Source: Rickettsiales bacterium
GTDB taxonomy: Bacteria > Pseudomonadota > Alphaproteobacteria > Rs-D84
Direction of reading: 5' to 3'
Length of the DNA stretch: 64,000 bases
Assembly (NCBI GenBank): GCA_031266915.1
Contig: JAISAB010000024.1
Span: 23,571 to 87,570 of the forward strand
Positions within the stretch are counted from its first letter, which is position 1, and each line of letters opens with the position of its first letter. Shown piece by piece: positions 47,161 to 54,842 of this stretch. The notes under the pieces are model-generated. The model saw only the letters and a program-made list of their open reading frames with translations. It was not told the origin of the DNA and searched no databases. The position numbers and the translations under genes are program-made.

Positions 47161-47757
47161 ATGAATCCCAAAATAGAAAAACTTATCAAACAATTCGCCA
47201 AACTGCCGCGCGTCGGCGGCCGCGCGGCGCAGCGTATCGTCTTGGCACTGTTGCAGGACAAAACCGGCCGCGCCGAATCATTGGCCAACGCTTTGCTGGA
47301 CACCGCCGAAAATATAAAGCCGTGTCCGGTATGCGGCTGTCTGACCGACGCCCAATCATCCATGTGCGAGTTCTGCCGCGACGATTCACGCGCCAACGGC
47401 CAGCTGTGCGTCGTGCGTGATTTGTCGGATGTCTGGACGCTGGAAAAATCAGGCGTGTTCGCCGGGCGCTATCATATTCTGGGCGGCCAGATTTCAGGCA
47501 TGGCGGGCGTCACGCCGGACGATTTGAATATCGGTGGACTGCCTGCGCGCATTAAAAATGAAGGCGTGGTCGAGGTTATTTTCGCCCTGCCCAATACTGT
47601 CGAGGGCAAAACGACCCAGCACTACGTGATGTCCGTTATCGGGGACGCAAACGTGGCCTTTTCCGAACTGGCGTCGGGTGTGCCGCTGGGCGGCGATTTG
47701 GACTATATCGACGACGGCACTTTGTCATTGGCGTTCGGCGGCAGGAAAGTTATTTAA
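47161..47757 (+). CDS. recR: recombination protein RecR
   Basis: It has IKQFAKLPRVGGRAAQRIVLALL (HhH), the C4 zinc finger CPVCGCLTDAQSSMCEFC and a Toprim segment. The ORF runs from 47143 and the ATG at 47161 is more likely. Confidence 0.9.
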   Translation: MNPKIEKLIKQFAKLPRVGGRAAQRIVLALLQDKTGRAESLANALLDTAENIKPCPVCGCLTDAQSSMCEFCRDDSRANGQLCVVRDLSDVWTLEKSGVFAGRYHILGGQISGMAGVTPDDLNIGGLPARIKNEGVVEVIFALPNTVEGKTTQHYVMSVIGDANVAFSELASGVPLGGDLDYIDDGTLSLAFGGRKVI

Positions 47758-47786
47758 AATTAAGAATTAAGAATTAAAAAGTACAA

Positions 47787-48665
47787 ATGAAAAATCCATC
47801 ATCCATCATCCATCATCAATTATCCATCGCGTCTCTGCCGCCGATTCGCGAAATGATGGTTGCCGCAGGATTGGCGCCCAAGAAACATCTGGGGCAGAAT
47901 TTCCTGTTCGATTTGAATTTGACCGGAAAAATCGCGCGCAGTGTGCCGGACATAGAACACACCACTGTTGTAGAGGTCGGGCCCGGCCCGGGCGGATTGA
48001 CGCGTGCGCTGCTGATGGCGGGCGCCGCGCGCGTTATCGCAATTGAAAAAGATAAAGCGACCGAACCGATTTTGTCGCAGATTGCGGCCGCCGCGGACGG
48101 TCGGCTGGATGTCATTTACGGGGACGCATTGAAATGGATGACAGATGATGGACAATGGATAATGGAAGATTACGCAGTATGTTCGAATTTGCCTTATAAT
48201 ATTGGAACGGAATTATTGATTCATTGGCTGCACATTATGGCCACATCATCCATTATCAATCATCCATCATCACTGACTTTGATGTTTCAGCGCGAAGTGG
48301 CCGAGCGTATCGTCGCCCATGTCGGCGACGGGCAGTATGGCCGCCTGGCCGTTTTGACGTCGCTGGTCGCGGACGCCAAGATATTGTTCAATGTTCCCGC
48401 CGCCGCGTTCTTTCCCGCGCCCAAGGTACAGAGCGCGGTTGTCCAAATCATCCCGAACGCGCGGAAAATCGCGTCCTTGCAAGGTCTGGATAAAATTGAA
48501 AAATTAACCGCGAAACTGTTCGGCCAGCGCCGCAAAATGATTCGCGGAATCATCAGGAATGTCGACTGGTCACAATTTGGATTGACCGGGACCGAGCGCG
48601 CCGAGGAATTGCTGCCCGAAAAATTCGCGGAAATGGCAGAGGCATTAATAACCAGTAGCGAATAG
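47787..48665 (+). CDS. rsmA: 16S rRNA (adenine1518/1519-N6)-dimethyltransferase
   Basis: Recognisable blocks are KKHLGQNFLFD, VVEVGPGPGGLT, NLPYNIGT and GRLAVL. The variable regions are encoded by CATCATC-type heptamer repeats. Confidence 0.9.
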   Translation: MKNPSSIIHHQLSIASLPPIREMMVAAGLAPKKHLGQNFLFDLNLTGKIARSVPDIEHTTVVEVGPGPGGLTRALLMAGAARVIAIEKDKATEPILSQIAAAADGRLDVIYGDALKWMTDDGQWIMEDYAVCSNLPYNIGTELLIHWLHIMATSSIINHPSSLTLMFQREVAERIVAHVGDGQYGRLAVLTSLVADAKILFNVPAAAFFPAPKVQSAVVQIIPNARKIASLQGLDKIEKLTAKLFGQRRKMIRGIIRNVDWSQFGLTGTERAEELLPEKFAEMAEALITSSE

Positions 48666-48753
48666 CATATAGCGAATAGCAGGTAGCGCATAGCTGCTTG
48701 AGTGTAATGCCATCAGCTATACGCTATTTGCTATATGCTATTCGCTACTGGTT
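48650..48753. repeat. heptamer-built palindrome (TAGCNNN units) overlapping the rsmA stop
   Basis: A 31-bp inverted repeat, AACCAGTAGCGAATAGCATATAGCGAATAGC (48650-48680) / GCTATTTGCTATATGCTATTCGCTACTGGTT (48723-48753), with 1 mismatch. Confidence 0.9.
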
Positions 48754-48827
48754 ATCTACAGTTTGTTTTACCTCCATAATTCTGATACAATTTGGTTTAT
48801 GGAAAAGCAGTGGGGAGAGGGCGGCTT

Positions 48828-50525
48828 ATGACAACATCGATACTTATCTTTTTCGGAATCGCGTTTGCGCTGGTGTTCGCGCTGCGTTTGGCGCGAATCG
48901 GAACGCTGCTGGCGTTTCTGCTGGCGGGCGTTATTTCCGGGCCGTATGGGCTGGGCCTGTTCCAATTGACGGACATATGGAACTTTCTGGGCGAGGTTGG
49001 AATCATGTTCCTGTGGTTTACCATCGGTTTGGAAATCAATATGAAACGCCTGTGGCAGATGAAGCGCAATATCTTCGGATTCGGCGCCGCCCAGGTTCTG
49101 ATGGTCGCGGTCATGCTGTTTCCGATTCTGTTCGGATTGACGTCTTGGTCGATTATGGGGACCGTGATGGTCGCGTTGATTTTCGCGATGTCCAGCACCG
49201 CCGGCGATTTGCAGATTCTGGCCGATCGGAACGAGCTGCAGACAAATCTGGGCCGGCAATCGTTCTCGATTCTATTGTTCCAGGATTTGCTGGCGATTCC
49301 GCTGTTGGCGATGCTGCCGGTGTTCGCGGGCAAATCGTTCAACCTGGGGGCCAGCGTCGTCGATGTTCTGGTGTTGTCGGTCGGTTTGATTCTGGGGGTC
49401 GTGGTCGTTGGACGCTTTGTGCTAAATCCGCTGATGCGCGCGGTGGCCAGGATAAAATCCAGAGAGCTGTTTTTGCTGACAATCATGCTGAACATCATCG
49501 TGTGGGCCGTAGTGCTGCAGCTGACCGGGCTGCCGCCGGAACTGGGCGCGTTTCTGGCCGGCATGTTGTTAAGCGAAACGATTTACAGGCACCAGATTAA
49601 GGCCGAGATTTCGCCCTATGCCACATTATTCATCGCGTTTTTCTTTATTGCGCTGGGGATGGGATTGGATTTGAACATGCTGGCCCGCAATTGGATGGTT
49701 GTGGCCGGCGGCGTGGTCGCGCTGGTCGCGATAAAGTTCGCGGCCATCTATATCGTCGCGCGCGTGCGCCATATACGTTCGCGCGACGCGTTCCTGATTG
49801 CGCTGATTCTGGCCCAGGGGGGCGAATTCGGACTGCTGATACTGCAGACCATGAAAAGCAGCGGCATCAACGCCATACCTTTCGTCCACGGCGAGATTCT
49901 GATTGCGATAATCGTGCTGTCCATTATGGTGACGCCATTATTGCTGGCTGTTTTCGACGTGCTGCAGAAATCGGGAAAACTGTTCCCGAACGCGAAGACC
50001 AAGAAAGAAAATTCGAAACTGCTGCCGGACGCGCAGCCCCAGGTTCTGATTTGCGGTTTTGGCCGCGTTGGCCGGATTATCGCGCAGATGCTGGAATCAC
50101 AGGGCATCCCGTACGCGGCCGTTGATTTGAACGTGGACAGCGTCATGATGGGACGCGAAAACGGATTCAAAGTCTATTATGGCGACACCAGCAACGCGGC
50201 TGTGCTGCGCGATATGGGGCTGGCGCCGCGCCGGACGCGCGCGGTGGTCTTGGCGCTGGACAACGCATGGGTCGCGAAAAGCACCGTGCGCGCGGTCAAG
50301 ACAATCGCACCGCGCGTGAAAATATTCGCCCGCGCCCGCAATATGGCGGAATCCAAAGTCCTGATGGCCGAAGGCGTCAAAGGGGCGTTCCCAGAAACAA
50401 TCGAATCGTCGTTCAGACTGGGTTATGACCTTCTGGCGAATATCGGCGTGTCCGAGGATGAAATCGCGGGCCTTGTCCGCGACCTGCGCGCCAACCATTA
50501 CGCCAGGCTGGACAAGACCAATTAA
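48828..50525 (+). CDS. CPA2-family K+/H+ antiporter with a TrkA-N (KTN) domain (KefB/KefC-like)
   Basis: A polytopic N-terminal domain is followed by the Rossmann motif VLICGFGRVGRIIAQ. The start is MTTSILIFFGIAF. Confidence 0.8.
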   Translation: MTTSILIFFGIAFALVFALRLARIGTLLAFLLAGVISGPYGLGLFQLTDIWNFLGEVGIMFLWFTIGLEINMKRLWQMKRNIFGFGAAQVLMVAVMLFPILFGLTSWSIMGTVMVALIFAMSSTAGDLQILADRNELQTNLGRQSFSILLFQDLLAIPLLAMLPVFAGKSFNLGASVVDVLVLSVGLILGVVVVGRFVLNPLMRAVARIKSRELFLLTIMLNIIVWAVVLQLTGLPPELGAFLAGMLLSETIYRHQIKAEISPYATLFIAFFFIALGMGLDLNMLARNWMVVAGGVVALVAIKFAAIYIVARVRHIRSRDAFLIALILAQGGEFGLLILQTMKSSGINAIPFVHGEILIAIIVLSIMVTPLLLAVFDVLQKSGKLFPNAKTKKENSKLLPDAQPQVLICGFGRVGRIIAQMLESQGIPYAAVDLNVDSVMMGRENGFKVYYGDTSNAAVLRDMGLAPRRTRAVVLALDNAWVAKSTVRAVKTIAPRVKIFARARNMAESKVLMAEGVKGAFPETIESSFRLGYDLLANIGVSEDEIAGLVRDLRANHYARLDKTN

Positions 50526-50646
50526 CAGATAACAGAGCACAAATAACAGTTATCGGTTCTAGCTACTAACGACTAGCTACTAGCTACTAATAGTTGCAAT
50601 CGACCGCGTATGTTGCTATATTCCCCGGTGAACCCAAGGACAGGAT

Positions 50647-51162
50647 ATGAAGAACACATACAAAATCATTTCGATTATTTTCGGGGCCGTTTTGCTGGAC
50701 CAGATCACCAAGGGGGCTTTGGTTTACCTGCTGACGGGCGCGGTGCCGGTGTTCGGCCGCGCGTGGGACATCATACCTTTTCCGTACATGATGGCCCATG
50801 TCACGAACTTTTTCAATATAGTCTTTACTTGGAATCCGGGCACGTCGTTTTCGCTGTTCCGCGCGCTGGGCGAATCCGCGCCGTTGGTGATAATTATCCT
50901 GACGGGCGTCGTTATCGGCATGCTGGGCCACTATTTGTTTATCCGCGCCGCGTCCCATGAAAAGTGGCCGCTGGCGCTGATTGTCGGTGGTGCGCTGGGC
51001 AACCTTGTCGACAGAATCCGTTTCGGCGCGGTTATCGACTTCCTGGATTTTCACGTCGGCGGATGGCATTGGCCGGCGTTCAACGTCGCCGATGTCTGCA
51101 TCGCGGTGGGCGTGGGATTGTATTTATTAAACTGGTTGGTTAACAAACATCGTAGTTCGTAA
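50647..51162 (+). CDS. lspA: lipoprotein signal peptidase II
   Basis: Recognisable blocks are DQITKG, FNIVFTWNPGTSFSLF, GNLVDR and DFLDFHVGGWHWPAFNVADVCI. Confidence 0.9.
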   Translation: MKNTYKIISIIFGAVLLDQITKGALVYLLTGAVPVFGRAWDIIPFPYMMAHVTNFFNIVFTWNPGTSFSLFRALGESAPLVIIILTGVVIGMLGHYLFIRAASHEKWPLALIVGGALGNLVDRIRFGAVIDFLDFHVGGWHWPAFNVADVCIAVGVGLYLLNWLVNKHRSS

Positions 51163-51238
51163 TCCGTAATTCGTAATCCGTAGTTGGATTGTCGGATTAC
51201 CTATTACCTATTACCTATTACCTATTGCGGAGCAAATA

Positions 51239-52900
51239 ATGGTCAAATATATGGATAACAACGCTGGTTTCAACCAGTGGATGGCAAATAAACAAAAAGC
51301 GGCCAGCGCGGTCGGGGCGGCGAAAACGTCGAAATTTACCGGTTTTCTTTGGTGGCTGGCGATATTCGCGGTGGCTTGTTGGCTGTTTTCAATGTGGTTT
51401 GCACCAAAACAGGAACTGGCGGTCAGCAATCAGGAATCGGTCGCTGTCGAAGATATTTCCAATATGCCGCTTCATGGGCTGGCGGGTCGAAACATAACGA
51501 TCGGTGTCCAAGGATTGCGCTTTCCATTCGTACGTCTGAACGATTATACCGAGAAATACAAAGTCCCTGTATATTCGGACGAAACAAAAAACAAGATAGT
51601 CGGGAAAGAAACAGTAACGGAACAAGTTGTTTTGTTTAGTTACGATGACAAAGGCTTTATAGAGGTCGGATTGGTTGCAAATGGCACGACTGCGCCGACC
51701 ATGTCCACAAAATGGAAAGAGGTCCAATGGCCGCATTCAAAAGAGTTTGGCAAGCCCGCGGTTATGACCTGGACCAACGCGGACAATGTTAATTTTACAC
51801 GCGCTGTTTTGATTGACGACTATGTAATTACCATCAAAGATGAAATTTCCAACAAAAGCGGCCGGGATGTTTCAGTTGCGCCTTATGCGCGCGTGGCGCG
51901 GACGGGCGGCGCCGAAAACGTCGCCGTCGAAACCGGCGGGATTGCCTATGTCAATTCGGACATCGAAAACGTAACGTGGAAAAAACTGGCGAAAAAACCG
52001 CAAGCCTATCAGACGGTTGGCGGTTTCGTCGGCTTTGCCGACCAATACTGGGAAACGCTGGTCAGTGTCGACAGTCCGGACCAGACCATCCGCATGAAAA
52101 AAATCGACGAGCTTTATCAGGCCGACACCGCCGCCGCGCCGGTTCAAATCGCGGCCGGCAAGACCGCCGCCGTCACGACCAGAATATTCGCCGGTCCGCG
52201 CGACCCGTCGGTACTGGCCCATGCCATCGGCGCGTTCCCCGGCATAAGACAGACAATCGATTACGGATGGTTCTGGTTCTTGTCACGGCCGCTGCTGTGG
52301 TCGCTGAATGCGATTCACGGCTTTGTGCTGAACTATGGCCTGGCGATTATTCTGCTGACAATCGCGCTACGCGTGCTGATGTGGCCGCTGACGCGCAAAT
52401 CGTATACCTCGATGGCCGCAATGCAGAAAATGCAGCCCGAGTTGCAGCGGATTCAAAAACTCTACGCCAACGACAAGGCGCGCCAGCAGATGGAAATGAT
52501 GAAGTTGTACCAGACGCACAAAACGTCGCCTATGTCCGGATGCCTGCCGATGCTGCTGCAGATACCAATCTTCTTCGGATTGTACAAGGCGCTGCTGATT
52601 TCTGTTCCTATGCGCGGGGCGGAATTCCTGTGGGTATCGGATTTGTCGGTTATGGACCCGTTTTTCATCTTGCCGTTACTGATGGGCGCGACCATGTGGT
52701 GGCAGCAGAACCTGCAGACCGCGACCCAATCGAAATCCACTGGCAGCGACCCGATGGCCAGCATGCAAAAGGTTATGAAGTGGATGCCGGTTATCTTTAC
52801 GTTTATGTTCGCCTGGATGCCGGCAGGATTGGTTCTGTACTGGACGGTGTCCAATTTGTTCGGTATTGGCCAGATGTATGTCATCAAGCGCAAAAAATAA
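51239..52900 (+). CDS. yidC: membrane protein insertase YidC
   Basis: It has an N-terminal TM segment, a large periplasmic domain and the conserved core GLAIILLTIALRVLMWPLT...MQKMQPELQRIQ...GCLPMLLQIPIFFGLY. Confidence 0.9.
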   Translation: MVKYMDNNAGFNQWMANKQKAASAVGAAKTSKFTGFLWWLAIFAVACWLFSMWFAPKQELAVSNQESVAVEDISNMPLHGLAGRNITIGVQGLRFPFVRLNDYTEKYKVPVYSDETKNKIVGKETVTEQVVLFSYDDKGFIEVGLVANGTTAPTMSTKWKEVQWPHSKEFGKPAVMTWTNADNVNFTRAVLIDDYVITIKDEISNKSGRDVSVAPYARVARTGGAENVAVETGGIAYVNSDIENVTWKKLAKKPQAYQTVGGFVGFADQYWETLVSVDSPDQTIRMKKIDELYQADTAAAPVQIAAGKTAAVTTRIFAGPRDPSVLAHAIGAFPGIRQTIDYGWFWFLSRPLLWSLNAIHGFVLNYGLAIILLTIALRVLMWPLTRKSYTSMAAMQKMQPELQRIQKLYANDKARQQMEMMKLYQTHKTSPMSGCLPMLLQIPIFFGLYKALLISVPMRGAEFLWVSDLSVMDPFFILPLLMGATMWWQQNLQTATQSKSTGSDPMASMQKVMKWMPVIFTFMFAWMPAGLVLYWTVSNLFGIGQMYVIKRKK

Positions 52901-52920
52901 TTTCCCACCCGGAATTGCGT

Positions 52921-52980
52921 TGCGCGTAAAAAATGCCCCTCATGTACGTCTTGTACACTACGGGGCATTTTTTACGCGCA
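52921..52980. repeat. palindromic element with a CTCATGTACGTCTTGTACACTACG core (copy 4)
   Basis: An 18-bp stem GCGCGTAAAAAATGCCCC / GGGGCATTTTTTACGCGC encloses the core, just after the yidC stop codon. Confidence 0.8.
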
Positions 52981-53083
52981 GTCAACCCAACCGTTAAAAA
53001 TCATTTGGCCCAGCCTGGTTCATAGACTGATTTTTATTGACAAATATTAAAAATAGGGTATAATTTGCAAAAGAGGACAACAA

Positions 53084-53653
53084 ATGAATGCCAATATCAA
53101 ATTGAAAAAGTTTGGATTTCGGACAATTATTCCGCACGCTGGCGCTTTTTATAATGTTTTGCAGAATAATCGCGCGCGTTTGGAACCTTGGTTCTGGTGG
53201 GCTGGTCAAAATACTACGCCGAACCTGCTGAAGACGATTGCTTTTATGACATTATATGTCTTGGATACCAAGCGTAAAAAATTGATATATAAATTATCTA
53301 AATCAAAGAAATATGATGAACAGTTTTTGATTTTCAAAGAAAGTAAACTGGCCGGTATGACTGGTTTGGATAATATTGATAATGATAAGAAAAATGCCGA
53401 GCTTTGGTATTTCCTGACCGCTGAAAACGAAGGACAGGGCACGATGTCCGCATCTTTGAAGCTTATCGAAGATTATGCGTTCAAGACAAAAGATATGAAC
53501 ATGTTGTATGCAAAGACGGCGGCTGGCAACGAACGTTCTGAATCGCTGTTGAAACGAAATGATTACAACATAGGTCGGGTCGAGTACGATGTTCCGACAT
53601 CGCCGCGCAATCCGAAGATTACCGATTTGATGACCTGGGTCAAACATCGATAA
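53084..53653 (+). CDS. GNAT-family N-acetyltransferase (RimJ/RimL-like)
   Basis: 189 aa. The pattern AELWYFLTAENEGQGTMSASLKLIEDYAF resembles the Q/RxxGxG/A acetyl-CoA-binding segment of GNATs. Confidence 0.55.
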   Translation: MNANIKLKKFGFRTIIPHAGAFYNVLQNNRARLEPWFWWAGQNTTPNLLKTIAFMTLYVLDTKRKKLIYKLSKSKKYDEQFLIFKESKLAGMTGLDNIDNDKKNAELWYFLTAENEGQGTMSASLKLIEDYAFKTKDMNMLYAKTAAGNERSESLLKRNDYNIGRVEYDVPTSPRNPKITDLMTWVKHR

Positions 53654-53675
53654 AAATCCCACGTTCGGGGGATTT

Positions 53676-54080
53676 TTATTTTGTCAGATACCTGTACAGT
53701 TGGTCAGGTGTCAAAATAAACGGGTTGCGAATCCCCAATGCGCGCCGCGCCATGGCAACGCAAGAAACAGAGTTCAGAGTACAAAGTTCAGATTGCAGAG
53801 TGCCGTCACCCCGGCGCAGGCCGGGGTCAGAGTTCAATTTTCGGTTTGTTTTTACAAACACCCAGCCGTTCTTTTCCAGTATCTTTAAATCGCGGGCCGA
53901 CACATTCAATACATGAATGCCCGTTTTTACTTTGTGAACGAACAAATATCTGCACTTTGATCCCGGCCTGCGCCGGGGTGACGGCACTCTGCACTCTATT
54001 ACTATGGCGCAGTGGCGGAACCGCCGGCAAAAGATGCGCGGCAATATCTTTGATGTTTTTGATGTGAATCCGATAAGCAT
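53676..54080 (-). CDS. hypothetical protein whose reading frame runs through a perfect 31-bp inverted-repeat pair
   Basis: 134-aa ORF. The inverted-repeat arms at 53795-53825 and 53962-53992 are translated in frame (SDPGLRRGDGTLQS / ECRVPSPRRRPGS). The flanks have His..Cys spacing reminiscent of permuted NlpC/P60 proteins, but this is weak evidence. Confidence 0.35.
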   Translation of the reverse strand: MLIGFTSKTSKILPRIFCRRFRHCAIVIECRVPSPRRRPGSKCRYLFVHKVKTGIHVLNVSARDLKILEKNGWVFVKTNRKLNSDPGLRRGDGTLQSELCTLNSVSCVAMARRALGIRNPFILTPDQLYRYLTK

Positions 54081-54170
54081 AGCAAAACCTTTTAGTCACT
54101 AGCGTATAGTGTATAGTGCATAGTGATTAGTGAACTAGTTAACTATTCACTATGCACTATACACTAATCA

Positions 54171-54524
54171 CTAGTGGTTATTTATCCATCCCTTGGCGGT
54201 TGCCGCGGTTTCCAGCGTATGCATGGCATCGCGCCAAATGGCCGCTTTGCGGTTTTCCGACCAGATGTGCTGGTGCGGTGTTCGTCTTTTGTCGCCGAAT
54301 TCTTTCATGACGGCCAGCTGTTTGTCAGTCAGCCGTCCCGACAGATAAAGCTTGGTAATCAAAGTTTCCACATCCAGCAATTCGCACGCGCGTTTTGTGG
54401 ATGAAAAGCTGCCGGAACGAAAGCCGTTACGGGTCGCCTTGGAATATAGAAACCAGAACCATAGCTGCTCGGCGCTTTGGAACTTTTCAGCGTTTGAATG
54501 TGATTTCACTGTTTGTACAGTCAT
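54171..54524 (-). CDS. hypothetical protein downstream of the VirB10-like gene
   Basis: 117 aa (MTVQTVKSHSNAEKFQSAEQLWFWFLYSK...). No motif was recognised. Confidence 0.45.
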   Translation of the reverse strand: MTVQTVKSHSNAEKFQSAEQLWFWFLYSKATRNGFRSGSFSSTKRACELLDVETLITKLYLSGRLTDKQLAVMKEFGDKRRTPHQHIWSENRKAAIWRDAMHTLETAATAKGWINNH

Positions 54525-54842
54525 TTTACTCTCTCCTTTTTAAGGTGTGAACAATTATCGCGTTCCACCGAAGGCGTTATAAAAAAACAATGCGAATATG
54601 TAAATTATTACAACCAAAGGTTGAAACGCGAATCGGATTTCCGATTCGCACAAAGATTTTCTTTATTTATCTGCGAATCGACAAAAATCGCCGATTAATC
54701 GGCGTTTTATAAATCAGGGTCGCCCCTGGTTTTATTGATTGAATTTTAGCGGCTTGCGCAGCCGAACGATATAATCCCGCCAATAAAAAACCGTCGCCGG
54801 GTCCCGAAAGAAAAGTTGCTTTCCATGGGACTTGGCGGCGGT

